A stretch of DNA of 64,000 nt from Verrucomicrobiaceae bacterium (lineage in GTDB: Bacteria > Verrucomicrobiota > Verrucomicrobiia > Verrucomicrobiales > Akkermansiaceae): assembly GCA_051252135.1 (NCBI GenBank), contig JBPOGH010000003.1, positions 160,001-224,000 of the forward strand, written 5' to 3'. A program made the translations under genes and the position numbers. Below, piece after piece: positions 7,854 through 18,619 of this stretch (positions are counted from its first letter, which is position 1; each line of letters begins with the position of its first letter). The notes beneath the pieces were generated by a model that saw only the letters and a program-made list of their open reading frames with translations, did not search any database and was not told the origin of the DNA.

Positions 7854-10394
7854 ATGTTTCGTTTTATCCCAGCATTCGCAGCATTATCCCTCCTGACCTC
7901 TCCGGTTTCCGCTCAGAAAACGGCCGCGAAATACTGGGCCTACCAACCCGTCCAAAAAGTTTCCATTCCAAAAATCGAAGACCCCTTCGTTACCAACCCC
8001 ATCGACGCCTTCATCCTCGACGGCCTCCGCCAAAAGAACCTCACCCCCAACCCGCCCGCCAACCCACAACACCTCATCCGCCGCGTCTACTACGACACCA
8101 CCGGACTCCCTCCCTCCCAGGCCCAGCTCAACGACACCGCCAAACCCTGGCCCACCCTCGTCGACGAACTCCTCGCCTCCCCCGCCTTCGGCGAAAAATT
8201 CGCCTCCCACTGGCTCGACCTCGTCCGCTACGCCGAAACCAATGGCTTCGAGCGCGATAGCGATAAACCCCAAATCTGGCGCTACCGCGACTACACCGTC
8301 AACGCCTTCAACACCGACAAACCCTACGACCTCTTCCTCCGCGAACAAATCGCCGGCGACGAACTCCCCAACCCCACCTTCGACTCCCAACTCGCCACCG
8401 GCTTCATGACCCTCATGCAGCGCGATGACGAACCCGCCGACCGCCCCCAGGCCGATGCCGACCAGGTCGGTGACATCGTCGACGTCGTCGGCGAAGCCTT
8501 CATGGGCTCCACCCTCAACTGCGCCAAATGCCACGATCACAAAGGCGACCCCATCACCCAGGCCGACTACTTCTCCGTCATGTCCTTCTTCGATGGCATC
8601 GCCTCCGACCACTTCAAAAACACCAACCACACCTGGACCGATCCCGAAGCCATCCGCCAACACGAACAGCAAAAAAACGACAACCTCGCCCGACTCCAGA
8701 CCCTCTGGTCCACCGTCGACCAATCACCCCTCGCCCCCCTCCTCAAAAAATCCCCCACCGAACAAGCCATCTTCAAGCTCAGCGACCAAACCCATCGCGA
8801 AACCTGGCAGCACTCCTTCATCATCCCCGAAAACCCCGGCTGGTCCCTCCCCTCTTTCGACGCCTCCATCTTCAAAGAAACCCAAGCCCCCTTCACCCGC
8901 CGAAAAAAAGACTTCAATCGCGACAACTCCACCAACTGGCGCCTCGAGAAAAAACTCGTCCTCCGTAAGGAATTCGGCCTCCCGGAAATCCCCTCACAAT
9001 TCCTCATCTACGCCAAAGGACACCTCACCCGCCTCCGCATCCAGCTCAACGGCACCACCGTCTACGATGGCACCCCGCCCAAGACCGACGCCACCCACTT
9101 CATCCCCCTTCCCCAATCCGCCCTCGAACAACTTACCACCGGGCGCAACGTCATCGGCGTCATCGCGGAGACCGACCAAAAGGACAACCTCCTCTTCGAT
9201 CTCGGAGCCTACACCGCCCCCATCAGCGACATCTCCCCCGACGCCCTCGCCCTCACCAACCCCGCCCTCATCACCGCTCTCTACGGCGCCCCCTTCGCCG
9301 AAAAAATGACCGCCCTCCAGCAGCAGCGCATCAAGCTCAGCACCCCCGTCAAAGGCATCCCCTACCTCGGCATCAGGGAACTCGCCAAAATCGACGACCC
9401 CAAAATCCACGAGCGCGGCTCCGTCCACGGCCAGGGCGATCCCGTCCCCATCGACTTCCCCACCTACCTCCCCGAAGTCCCCGAACCAACCCTCGACCCC
9501 ACTTTCTACGAAAAAAATCGTACTCATGGCCGCCGCCTCGCCTTCGCCACCTGGCTCACCCAACCCGACCACCCCCTCACCGCCCGCGTCTGGGTCAACC
9601 GCCTCTGGCAATACACCATGGGCCACGGCCTTGTCGAAACCGCCAATGACTTCGGCGTCTTCGGAACCGGCGTCTCCAACCAAGCCCTCCTCGACTACCT
9701 CTCCAACGAGCTCGTCGCCTCCGGCTGGTCCACCAAACACATCCTCCGGCTCATCCTCAACTCCTCCACCTACCGCCTCTCCACCGCCCACCGCCACGAC
9801 TCCTTCCAGATCGACCCCACCAACAAACTCCAATGGAGACACAACACCCGACGCCTGAGCGCCGAAGAAATCTGGGACACCTACCTCATCCTCACCAAAC
9901 GCCTCAAGCTCGACATGGGCGGCCCACCCGTTCGCCCCCGCATGCCTCAAGCCGTCCTCGCCACCTCCTCCAAACCCCGCTCCGTCTGGCCCGAAACAAA
10001 AGGCCCCGCCGCCTTCCGCCGCGCCCTCTACATCCACGCCAAGCGCTCCATCAAACTCCCCCTCCTCGCCGCCTTCGACTCCCCCGAGCGCGATATCTCC
10101 TGCCCCTCCCGCTTCGCCACCACCGTTCCCACCCAGGCCCTCACCATGCTCAACAGTGAGTATCTCAACGAGCTCGCCCACGCCTTCGCCGACCGCCTCG
10201 ACGGCACCCTCGAAGCCCAAACCCAGCAAGCCTTCCAACTCGCCACCGGCCGCTCCCCCAACACCGAAGAAGCCGCCGAGCTCCAACAACTCACCCAAGA
10301 CCTCCGCACCACCCACCAGGTCCCCGAACCCGAACTCCTCCCCCGCCTCTGCCTCCTCATCCTCAACCTCAACGAAACCATCCACCTAGACTAA
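7854..10394 (+). CDS. DUF1549/DUF1553 (PSD1) domain protein
   Basis: Signal peptide from ATG 7854; NPIDAFI, WLDLVRYAETNGFERD, CAKCHDHK, HPLTARVWVNRLWQ, PTQALTMLN. Confidence 0.92.
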   Translation: MFRFIPAFAALSLLTSPVSAQKTAAKYWAYQPVQKVSIPKIEDPFVTNPIDAFILDGLRQKNLTPNPPANPQHLIRRVYYDTTGLPPSQAQLNDTAKPWPTLVDELLASPAFGEKFASHWLDLVRYAETNGFERDSDKPQIWRYRDYTVNAFNTDKPYDLFLREQIAGDELPNPTFDSQLATGFMTLMQRDDEPADRPQADADQVGDIVDVVGEAFMGSTLNCAKCHDHKGDPITQADYFSVMSFFDGIASDHFKNTNHTWTDPEAIRQHEQQKNDNLARLQTLWSTVDQSPLAPLLKKSPTEQAIFKLSDQTHRETWQHSFIIPENPGWSLPSFDASIFKETQAPFTRRKKDFNRDNSTNWRLEKKLVLRKEFGLPEIPSQFLIYAKGHLTRLRIQLNGTTVYDGTPPKTDATHFIPLPQSALEQLTTGRNVIGVIAETDQKDNLLFDLGAYTAPISDISPDALALTNPALITALYGAPFAEKMTALQQQRIKLSTPVKGIPYLGIRELAKIDDPKIHERGSVHGQGDPVPIDFPTYLPEVPEPTLDPTFYEKNRTHGRRLAFATWLTQPDHPLTARVWVNRLWQYTMGHGLVETANDFGVFGTGVSNQALLDYLSNELVASGWSTKHILRLILNSSTYRLSTAHRHDSFQIDPTNKLQWRHNTRRLSAEEIWDTYLILTKRLKLDMGGPPVRPRMPQAVLATSSKPRSVWPETKGPAAFRRALYIHAKRSIKLPLLAAFDSPERDISCPSRFATTVPTQALTMLNSEYLNELAHAFADRLDGTLEAQTQQAFQLATGRSPNTEEAAELQQLTQDLRTTHQVPEPELLPRLCLLILNLNETIHLD

Positions 10395-10625
10395 CCAATA
10401 AGGAGAGCGGGCATTCCTGCCCGCTTCCCCCCAACCAAGCCCCCAGTTCGTAGTGTAGGCTTTAGCCGAACTCCCCCATCCAAGCCCCCCCAACCAAGCC
10501 CCCTCAACCAAGCCCCCCATCCAAGCAATTCCCAATCCCTAATTTTAAATTCCAAATTCTCTCCTCCTCAACCAGGAAAAAATCTGCGCCCATCTGCGTA
10601 ATCTGCGGATAGCCCACCTCACCAA
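10395..10625 (+). repeat. Intergenic module array C, starting with a GGAG-footed hairpin
   Basis: AGCGGGCA-TTCC-TGCCCGCT hairpin, CAACCAAGC at 10432, 10491, 10505, CATCCAAGC variants, AATTCC heptamers, ATCTGCG triplet. Confidence 0.8.
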
Positions 10626-10630
10626 CCACC

Positions 10631-12061
10631 ATGTTCTGCCATCGCACCAACCGCCGCGAATTCCTCTCCAACGTCGGAGGAGGATTCACCCAACTCGCCC
10701 TCGCCGGAATGCTCGCCAAAGACGGCCTCTTCCCCCAGGCCCACGCCGCCGGACACAATCCCGCCATCCCCGAGCCCTACCACACCCCCAAGGCCAAAAG
10801 CGTCATCTTCCTCTTCATGTACGGCGGCCCCTCCCACATCGATACCTTCGACCACAAGCCCGCCATGAAAGGCATGGACGGCAAGACCGTCGAAGTGAAA
10901 ACCTTCGGACGCGGCGGCAAAAAGAACGAAGGCCGTATCGTCGAACCCAAATGGGACTTCCACCCCCACGGTGAGTGCGGAAAAATGGTCTCCACCCTCT
11001 TCCCCCACGTTGCGGAGTGCGTCGATGACATCGCCTTCATCCACTCCCTCCAGGCCGAATCCCCCATCCACGGATCCGCCATGCTCATGATGAACTCCGG
11101 CTCCCTCATCAGCGGAAAACCCTCCCTCGGCTCCTGGGTCAACTACGGCCTCGGCAACCCCAACGAAAACCTCCCCGGATACGTCGTCATGCTCGATGAA
11201 ACCGGCGGCCCTATCTCCGGAGCGAAAAACTGGTCCGCCGGCTTCATGCCCGCCAACTACCAGGGCACCGTCTTCCGCTCAAAAGGCGAACCCATCCTCG
11301 ACCTCCAAAACGCCTCCGGCATGCCCCGCGATGAGCAATACCGCATCATCCAATCCCTCAACGACCTCAACCAACACCACCTCGACGACCGCTACGGCGA
11401 CTCCAACCTCGCCGCCCGCATCTCCTCCTACGAGCTCGCCTACAAAATGCAGGCCGCCGCACCCGAGGCCATCGAACTCGCCCAGGAATCAGACGCCACC
11501 AAGGCCCTCTACGGCATGGACCAACCCCGCACCGCCGACTTCGGAAAAAAATGCCTCCTCGCCCGACGCCTCGTCGAGCGCGGCACCCCCTTCATCCAAA
11601 TCTACTCCGGCGGCGCTCATAACGATGACAACTGGGACGCCCACGGCGACCTCGAAAAAAACCACAACCACCACGCCGGCCGCACCGACAAAGCCATCGC
11701 CGGACTCCTCAAGGACCTCAAACTCCGCGGCCTCCTCGACGAAACCCTCGTCGTCTGGGGCGGTGAGTTCGGCCGCCAACCCACCGCCGAGTATGCCAAA
11801 GGCACCGGCCGCGACCACAACTCCGCCGGCTTCACCATGTGGATGGCCGGCGGCGGCATCAAAGGCGGCGTCAGCATCGGCCAAACCGACGAACTCGGTT
11901 CCGCCGCCGTCGAAAATAAATTCCACGTCAAACACCTCCACGCCACCATCCTCCACCAAATGGGCCTCGACCCCAACGCCCTCTCCTACTTCCACGCCGG
12001 CCTCGATGAAAAACTCGTCGGCGTCGAAGGAGCCGACCCCATCTCCGAAATCATCGCCTAA
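10631..12061 (+). CDS. DUF1501 domain protein (Tat-exported, sulfatase-like)
   Basis: Tat motif NRREFL; GGPSHIDTFD, CLLARRLVERG, WGGEFGRQP, GRDHN. Confidence 0.93.
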   Translation: MFCHRTNRREFLSNVGGGFTQLALAGMLAKDGLFPQAHAAGHNPAIPEPYHTPKAKSVIFLFMYGGPSHIDTFDHKPAMKGMDGKTVEVKTFGRGGKKNEGRIVEPKWDFHPHGECGKMVSTLFPHVAECVDDIAFIHSLQAESPIHGSAMLMMNSGSLISGKPSLGSWVNYGLGNPNENLPGYVVMLDETGGPISGAKNWSAGFMPANYQGTVFRSKGEPILDLQNASGMPRDEQYRIIQSLNDLNQHHLDDRYGDSNLAARISSYELAYKMQAAAPEAIELAQESDATKALYGMDQPRTADFGKKCLLARRLVERGTPFIQIYSGGAHNDDNWDAHGDLEKNHNHHAGRTDKAIAGLLKDLKLRGLLDETLVVWGGEFGRQPTAEYAKGTGRDHNSAGFTMWMAGGGIKGGVSIGQTDELGSAAVENKFHVKHLHATILHQMGLDPNALSYFHAGLDEKLVGVEGADPISEIIA

Positions 12062-12119
12062 CTTCCCTCCTAATTCCATCATCGACAATCATCCCCCAAT
12101 TAGTCATTATTGGCACTAA

Positions 12120-13148
12120 TTGAAAGCGATTGTCAAAAACGATTCCACTCCCGGCGTCTCCCTCCTCGACGTCCCCGAGCCCACCATCTCCTCCCGCGAG
12201 GTCCTCATCAGGATCGATCGCACCGGCATCTGCGGCACCGACCTCCACATCTACAAATGGGACGCCTGGGCCCAAAAAACCATCCCCGTCCCCCTCATCA
12301 TCGGACACGAGTTCGTCGGCGAAATCGTCGAGATCGGCTCCGAGGTCGACTACCTCAAGCCCGGCGATCTCGTCTCCGGCGAAGGACACCTCATCTGCGG
12401 CCGCTGCCGCAACTGCCTCGCCGGTCGCCGCCATTATTGCAAGGACACCGCCGGCGTCGGCGTCACCGCACCCGGAGCCTTCGCCGAATACCTCGCCCTC
12501 CCCGCCACCAACGTCTGGAAGCTCGCCCCCGACATCCCCCGTGACCTCGCCGCCATCTTCGATCCCTTCGGAAACGCCACCCACACCGCCCTCACCTTCC
12601 CCCTCATTGGCGAGGACGTCCTCATCACCGGCGCCGGCCCCATCGGCTGCATGTCCGCCGCCATCGCCAGACACGCCGGCGCACGACACATCGTCGTCAC
12701 TGATCTCGATGACACCCGCCTCGCCCTCGCCCGCACCCTCGGCGCCACCCGCACCATCAATGTCACCCGCGAAAAAGTCGCCGACGTTCAAAAAGAACTC
12801 CGCATGACCGAGGGCTTCGATGTCGGACTCGAAATGTCCGGCAACAAAAACGCCTTCAACGACCTCGTCGACAACATGATCCACGGCGGAAAAATCGCCC
12901 TCCTCGGCATCCCCGATCCCGGCGTCGCCATCGACTGGAATCAGGTCGTCTTCAACTCCCTCACCATCAAGGGAATCTACGGCCGCCGCATGTACGAAAC
13001 ATGGTATCAAATGACCTCCATGATCCAGTCCGGCCTCAACATCGCCCCCGTCATCACCCACCGCTTCTCCTACCGCGACTACGAGGAAGGCTTCCGCACC
13101 ATGGCCGCCGGCTCCTGCGGAAAAGTCCTCCTCCACTGGCAAGACTAA
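12120..13148 (+). CDS. tdh: L-threonine 3-dehydrogenase
   Basis: [16 protein letters not shown], Zn cluster CGRCRNC...[21 protein letters not shown] start; adjacent to kbl. Confidence 0.96.
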   Translation: MKAIVKNDSTPGVSLLDVPEPTISSREVLIRIDRTGICGTDLHIYKWDAWAQKTIPVPLIIGHEFVGEIVEIGSEVDYLKPGDLVSGEGHLICGRCRNCLAGRRHYCKDTAGVGVTAPGAFAEYLALPATNVWKLAPDIPRDLAAIFDPFGNATHTALTFPLIGEDVLITGAGPIGCMSAAIARHAGARHIVVTDLDDTRLALARTLGATRTINVTREKVADVQKELRMTEGFDVGLEMSGNKNAFNDLVDNMIHGGKIALLGIPDPGVAIDWNQVVFNSLTIKGIYGRRMYETWYQMTSMIQSGLNIAPVITHRFSYRDYEEGFRTMAAGSCGKVLLHWQD

Positions 13149-13161
13149 CCCTCTCAACACT

Positions 13162-14358
13162 ATGCTCACCTCCGCCTTCCAATCCCAACTTCAATCCACC
13201 CTCACGGAAATCATAGACCACGGCCTCTACAAAAAAGAACGCCTAATCACTTCCGCCCAGGACGCTGAAATCACCCTCGCCGATGGCTCCCGCGTCATCA
13301 ACATGTGCGCCAACAACTACCTCGGCCTCGCCAACCACCCCGCCATCAGGGAAGCCGCCACCAAAGCCATCGAGCACTACGGCTACGGCCTCTCCTCCGT
13401 CCGCTTCATCTGCGGAACCCAGGACCTCCACACCCAACTCGAGGCCGCCCTCACCACCTTCCTCGGAACCGAGGACACCATCCTCTACCCCTCCTGCTTC
13501 GATGCCAACGGAGGCCTCTTCGAAACCCTCCTCACCGCCGATGACGCCGTCATCTCCGACTCCCTCAACCACGCCTCCATCATCGATGGCGTCCGCCTCT
13601 GCAAAGCCAAACGCTACCGCTACGCAAACAACGACCTCGCCGATCTCGAAGCCAACCTCAAGCAAGCCCGCGCCGACGGAGCACGCCACATCCTCATCAC
13701 CTCCGATGGGGTCTTCTCCATGGATGGCACCATCGCAGACCTCGCCGGCATCCACGCCCTCGCCCAAAAATATGAAGCCCTCGTCCACTTCGATGACTGC
13801 CACGCCACCGGCTTCCTCGGCGAAAAAGGTCGCGGCACCCACGAGCACTGCGGCCTCTTCGGCAAGATCGACCTCACCACCGGCACCCTCGGCAAAGCCC
13901 TCGGCGGAGCCTCCGGCGGCTACACCTCCGGTAAAAAGGAAATCATCGAACTCCTCCGCCAACGCTCCCGCCCCTACCTCTTTTCTAACAGCATCGCCCC
14001 ACCCATCGCCGCCGCCTCCCTCCGCGTCCTCGAACTTCTAACAGAATCTACCGACCTCGCCGATCTCGTCAAAACCAACGCCCTCTACTTCCGCGAAAGC
14101 ATCGCCTCCTCCGGCCTCACCGTCTCCGGCACCGAACACCCCATCACCCCCGTCATCCTCGGCGATGCCAAACTCTCCCAGGACTTCTCCGCCAAGCTCC
14201 TCCAAAAAAACATCTACGCCATCGGCTTCTTCTTCCCCGTCGTCCCCCAAGGCACCGCCCGCATCCGCACCCAAATCTCCGCCGCCCACACCCGCGACCA
14301 CCTCGACCAAGCCCTCGAAGCCTTCACCCAAACCGCCCAAGACCTCGCCATCATCTAA
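13162..14358 (+). CDS. kbl: Glycine C-acetyltransferase (2-amino-3-ketobutyrate CoA ligase)
   Basis: [22 protein letters not shown] lysine in [23 protein letters not shown]. Confidence 0.96.
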   Translation: MLTSAFQSQLQSTLTEIIDHGLYKKERLITSAQDAEITLADGSRVINMCANNYLGLANHPAIREAATKAIEHYGYGLSSVRFICGTQDLHTQLEAALTTFLGTEDTILYPSCFDANGGLFETLLTADDAVISDSLNHASIIDGVRLCKAKRYRYANNDLADLEANLKQARADGARHILITSDGVFSMDGTIADLAGIHALAQKYEALVHFDDCHATGFLGEKGRGTHEHCGLFGKIDLTTGTLGKALGGASGGYTSGKKEIIELLRQRSRPYLFSNSIAPPIAAASLRVLELLTESTDLADLVKTNALYFRESIASSGLTVSGTEHPITPVILGDAKLSQDFSAKLLQKNIYAIGFFFPVVPQGTARIRTQISAAHTRDHLDQALEAFTQTAQDLAII

Positions 14359-14366
14359 ACCTCCCT

Positions 14367-14740
14367 CCCAATTGGCCAACGGCCATAAACATACCAGCAC
14401 AGGGCAACGCCCTGTGATCCCCCACCCCGTCCCCTATGTGCGCCAACGGCGGACGATAAACCCCACGCACACACCCATCGCCTCCTCGCCCCCCAATTGG
14501 CCAAAGGCCATCAACATACCAGCACAGGGCAACGCCCTGTGATCCCCCACCTCGTTCATAATGTGCGCCAACGGCGGACGATAAACCCCACGCACACCCC
14601 AACGCCTCCTCGCCCCCCAATTGGCCAACGGCCATCAACATACCAGCACAGGGCAACGCCCTGTGATTCCCCACCTCGTCCCCTTTGTGCGCCAACGGCG
14701 GACGATAAACCCCACGCACACCCCAACGCCTCCTTGCCCC
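14367..14740 (+). repeat. Three tandem ~124-bp three-hairpin (REP-like) repeats upstream of the transposase
   Basis: Units start near 14367, 14492, 14616; each has TGGCC-AAN-GGCCA, CACAGGGC-AAC-GCCCTGTG and CGCC-AAC-GGCG. Confidence 0.95.
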
Positions 14741-14771
14741 ACGATCAGCCACCGTCTAAAATCAAACGGTC

Positions 14772-15224
14772 ATGCCCCAATCACTTTCGGAAGTCATCGT
14801 CCATTTCATCTTCAGCACCCGAAACCGCGCTCCCCTCATTGACTCTCATATCCGCCCGGACCTCCACGCCTACCTCGCAACTGCCATCCGCGAAAACGAC
14901 TGCGAAGCCTACCGCATCGGAGGAACCACCGATCACGTCCACCTCGCCCTTCGCCTATCGCGTAAAATCAGCCAAAGCGACATCGTCCAAACAATCAAAC
15001 AAAGCTCCTCAATGTGGATTAAAACCAAGGGCCCTCAATACAAAAACTTCCACTGGCAAAACGGCTACGGAGCCTTCTCCGTCAGCCCCTCTCACCTCGA
15101 CAAACTCATCGCCTACATCGCCAACCAAGAGGAACACCACCGCACAAAAACCTTCAAGGAAGAATACCTCACCTTCCTCAAACGCTACCGCATCACCTAC
15201 GACGAAAAATACCTCTGGGACTAA
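14772..15224 (+). mobile_element. tnpA: IS200/IS605-family Y1 HUH transposase without tnpB, REP-associated arrangement
   Basis: 150 aa; HUH motif DHVHL, WQNGYGAFSVS, catalytic YIANQ; hairpin repeats on both sides. Confidence 0.92.
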
Positions 15225-15276
15225 CCTCCCCCTCCCCCTTGTCCAGAAGTCATCAACATCCTCTCACCTCCTCCCC

Positions 15277-15510
15277 TTTGGCCAAAGGCCATAAACATAC
15301 CAGCACAGGGCAACGCCCTGTGATCCCCCACCCCGTCCCCTATGTGCGCCAACGGCGGACGACATACCCCTCGCACACCCCAACGCCTCATCACCCTCCC
15401 AATTGGCCAAGGGCCATCAACATACCAGCCCGGTCCAAAGGGCCGGGACTTTCCACCCCAAAGGGAATGTGCGCCAACGGCGGACGATAAACCCCTCGCC
15501 CACCCCACAT
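15277..15510 (+). repeat. Two further three-hairpin repeats downstream of the transposase
   Basis: Units near 15277 and 15398 in the same orientation as upstream units; the last has a replaced central stem CCCGGTCC-AAA-GGGCCGGG. Confidence 0.93.
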
Positions 15511-15588
15511 TTCCCCTTGCCCGGATCCCCCTCACCTCCAAACTCACTCCCCAATAATCCCAGCCTCCCGCACAAATAGAAAAATCAA

Positions 15589-16134
15589 ATGAACTATCTT
15601 GCAAGTATCGGCAGAACGATGGCCTTCCGCTTGGGTTTCGCGGGAATCCTCCTTCACATCTCACTCACCGCCGCAGCCATCTGCCTCGTCATTTGGCTCC
15701 CTTTTTCCATCTGGGGATACCTCGGCGACATGCGCCTTCCCGCCCTCCTCATCTCAGAGGGAAAAGTCATCGACGCCCCACTCGTCAATCGCTTCAACGA
15801 GCGCTACGACAAACGCAAATCCGCCTACCGATGCTACCTCGGTTTCGAAGACTACGCGATCACCCACTACCGCGACCAAAATCCGCGCAAGCTTGAGTAT
15901 CTCAGAATCTACAAACACCCGGTCCTCAGGAACGAACCCGAAACGCCCCTCAGAATCGTCGAGGTCCCCGAAAACATTACGGAAGAATCCGTCTACTACG
16001 CCGCCACCGGTCGGACCCTCCCGACCGCCACCGCATTCCTCATCGGCCAAATCCTTCTCACCATCCTGACCATCTACCTCGCCATCAAAGGCTACTGGCT
16101 CATCAAAGGAAAAAAAGGTCGCCGCAGACATTGA
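15589..16134 (+). CDS. Hypothetical membrane protein
   Basis: 181 aa, hydrophobic N- and C-terminal segments, basic tail. Confidence 0.65.
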   Translation: MNYLASIGRTMAFRLGFAGILLHISLTAAAICLVIWLPFSIWGYLGDMRLPALLISEGKVIDAPLVNRFNERYDKRKSAYRCYLGFEDYAITHYRDQNPRKLEYLRIYKHPVLRNEPETPLRIVEVPENITEESVYYAATGRTLPTATAFLIGQILLTILTIYLAIKGYWLIKGKKGRRRH

Positions 16135-16199
16135 ACCCAATCGTCTCTCTCCCCACTTTTCCCCTTGCCCCCACTCCCTTCCAGCCGAAGGTTCCCAAA

Positions 16200-16982
16200 A
16201 TGACGTCCCTCCACCTCACGGCCCTCTTCCTCGCCCTCACCCTCCTCCCCACCCAAGCCGCGGAACCCATCCGCGATATCAAATACGACACCAAACACGA
16301 ACGCAACGTCCTCGACCTCTGGCCCGCCCTCAGCAAAGACAAACCTGCCCCCGTCTACGTCTTCTTCCACGGCGGCGGCTTCCGCAACGGCGATAAAACC
16401 CAACTCGAAAAAAACCGCCGCGAAACCATCGACACCTTCCGCAACGCCGGCTTCGCCGTCATCAGCTGCAACTACCCCTTCCTCGACAAAAAAACCGACC
16501 ACCGCCAAATCGCAAACCACTGCGCCCGCGCCGTCCAATTCATCCGATCCCAATCCAAGGAATGGAATATCGACCCCAAAAGACTCTGCTGCGGCGGCGT
16601 CTCCGCCGGCGCCCTCATCAGCGAATTCCTCGGCTACCATGACGACTTCGCCGACCCCAAATCCTCCGACCCCGTCACCCGCCAAAGCTCCCGCCCCGCC
16701 GTCGTCGCCAGCATCATGCAACCCATCGGCACCCGCGACTTCGCCCTCCGCTTCATGGACAAAGGCGAAGCCCCCCTCTTCATCTACACCAACGCCAGGC
16801 CCACCGACCGCATCCACCCGCCCGCCCAAGCCATCGCCATTCGCGATAAAGCCAAATCCCTCAACATCCCCTGCCTCTGCTACGGCGGAGGCCGCAACGC
16901 CCTCCCCCAACCACCCCAAGACAAAACCTGGCTCGACCACAAACTCGCCTTCTTCCTCAAACACCTCCCCAAAGAGAAGTAG
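16200..16982 (+). CDS. Secreted alpha/beta hydrolase (BD-FAE/esterase-like)
   Basis: Signal peptide from ATG 16200; HGGGF oxyanion motif, GVSAG nucleophile elbow. Confidence 0.88.
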   Translation: MTSLHLTALFLALTLLPTQAAEPIRDIKYDTKHERNVLDLWPALSKDKPAPVYVFFHGGGFRNGDKTQLEKNRRETIDTFRNAGFAVISCNYPFLDKKTDHRQIANHCARAVQFIRSQSKEWNIDPKRLCCGGVSAGALISEFLGYHDDFADPKSSDPVTRQSSRPAVVASIMQPIGTRDFALRFMDKGEAPLFIYTNARPTDRIHPPAQAIAIRDKAKSLNIPCLCYGGGRNALPQPPQDKTWLDHKLAFFLKHLPKEK

Positions 16983-17000
16983 TCCAAAAAACGTCCCCAC

Positions 17001-17678
17001 ATGAGCGAAGAGAATCCCAAGCCCAAGCAGCTCCACGCTGGCCTCTTGATCGCCCTCTCCTTTCTCGCCTTCGTTGTCACCTACACCCTCGATCAGACCC
17101 TCCGTTGGACCGACCATCTCCTGGGATTTATCACCGGGCTCTTTTACTCCCTCATCTTTGGAGCAGCTTGGATCGTCATCTACGTCCTTCCGTGGACCCT
17201 CCTCATCACCTGGCTCTATCGCCGCAACAAATGGCAACGCTTCCGCAGCGCCTGGGTCTTTCTCCTGTCCCTCTCATGGCCAATCCTCATCCTCACCAGC
17301 CTTCTCACCGACCCACCCACGCCCCACGCCAGATTCAAAAGAATCACCGATGTTGACCTCCCCGCAGAAATCAAAAACCTGCACTGGCACTTCAGAGGAG
17401 GCGGCATGGCCGACATCACCGATGTCTACCTCTTCGAAACGACTCCCGAGGAACTTGATCGCCTGATCGTAAAAATGAACCTCAAGCAAGAGGACAAGTC
17501 ACACGAAACGTTCGACCCCAACGACAACCGGTTCACCAACTTTCCACCGATCGAACCTTGGAAAAAACCCAAGCGCTACACCGGCGGAATCGATGGTCCT
17601 GTCGCCCCAAACCCATCCTTTCGCCTCGTAACAAACGAAGCTCGCACTCAAGCCCACCTCACCATTTCTACATGGTAA
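17001..17678 (+). CDS. Hypothetical membrane protein
   Basis: 225 aa, three N-terminal TM segments then soluble domain. Confidence 0.7.
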   Translation: MSEENPKPKQLHAGLLIALSFLAFVVTYTLDQTLRWTDHLLGFITGLFYSLIFGAAWIVIYVLPWTLLITWLYRRNKWQRFRSAWVFLLSLSWPILILTSLLTDPPTPHARFKRITDVDLPAEIKNLHWHFRGGGMADITDVYLFETTPEELDRLIVKMNLKQEDKSHETFDPNDNRFTNFPPIEPWKKPKRYTGGIDGPVAPNPSFRLVTNEARTQAHLTISTW

Positions 17679-17742
17679 CTTCTCAGACCAAATCCTACCC
17701 ACGACGAAGCTAAAAACTCACCCCCTCCCCAGCCGCCACTCC

Positions 17743-17820
17743 TCAGCCCGGGTCGCAGTGAGGCACGAACAAAGGCCCGGGAACCCATCCCCGAAAACAT
17801 CCCAGCCCTTAAAGGGCGAG
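17743..17820 (+). repeat. REP-like hairpin element (divergent)
   Basis: TCAG then CCCGGGTC...GGCCCGGG stem (17747-17781) and GCCCT-TAA-AGGGC (17805-17817). Confidence 0.55.
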
Positions 17821-17881
17821 ACACACCGGTTCACCGAAAAGGGCGACTCATCAATACCGGCAACTTGCTGGAATTCTCGGT

Positions 17882-18529
17882 CTATCGTTCAACCTTCTGA
17901 TGCATAATGACGTGTTGGGGCCATTCCGACCATTTGGCAGGCTTCCATTCAAGATCTCCATGAAGGTTACCGCTGGAATCCGAGAATCTACCACAAAAGG
18001 TCCATTCATCCTTATGTTGGAGCCACAGCAACAAGCCAAAATAATACTCTCCCTTCCCCAATAGAGTGCCCTCGCGAATGTTGATGAATGATGCACCCCA
18101 CGAACTCCCCGCGTAACCGATAGCCATCTCGCCATCCCCAAGATCGACTGCCTCACCTCCCGGGTCCTGCAGGATAATTCGGAATCGATAATCGACTGCC
18201 GCCAATACCGCCAACTCTGCGATCGCTATGCTCGGCATCAGCCATAAGAGCGACCCGGAGAGGAATCGGCGAATCCAGAGCCCCAAGCCCACAACACTGG
18301 TCACAACACCTCCTACCAGTAGCAGGATGTTGCTGGAATACATCGTCAGCGAGTAGGGCAGCTCGAAAAGGATGACGAGGCTTGCCACTGATACCGCTAA
18401 CAATAGTACGATCAGCCAGCTAGAAACAACGCGGCGGTCTCGATACCAGAAAAGGCAAAAAATCCCAACAGCGAGAGGAAAGGACACAGCAACGTGCCAA
18501 ATTGCAACAAGGACATCAACGAAACCCAT
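17882..18529 (-). CDS. Hypothetical membrane protein, atypical codon usage
   Basis: 215 aa, four TM segments; lower GC and weaker skew than neighbours. Confidence 0.65.
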   Translation of the reverse strand: MGFVDVLVAIWHVAVSFPLAVGIFCLFWYRDRRVVSSWLIVLLLAVSVASLVILFELPYSLTMYSSNILLLVGGVVTSVVGLGLWIRRFLSGSLLWLMPSIAIAELAVLAAVDYRFRIILQDPGGEAVDLGDGEMAIGYAGSSWGASFINIREGTLLGKGEYYFGLLLWLQHKDEWTFCGRFSDSSGNLHGDLEWKPAKWSEWPQHVIMHQKVER

Positions 18530-18619
18530 TTTGATTGAAGGATAGGAACCAAAGGTCCACTCGGTTGACTGAACCTATCTCACCAAATTTCAAAATCCAG
18601 ACAACTTATCCCCCCCTCC

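Noticed and set aside
14367..15510. Transposase-flanking array as CRISPR, tRNA cluster or peptide genes
   Set aside because: Units are near-identical over their whole length with no unique spacers or cloverleaf; ORFs across them merely translate the repeat
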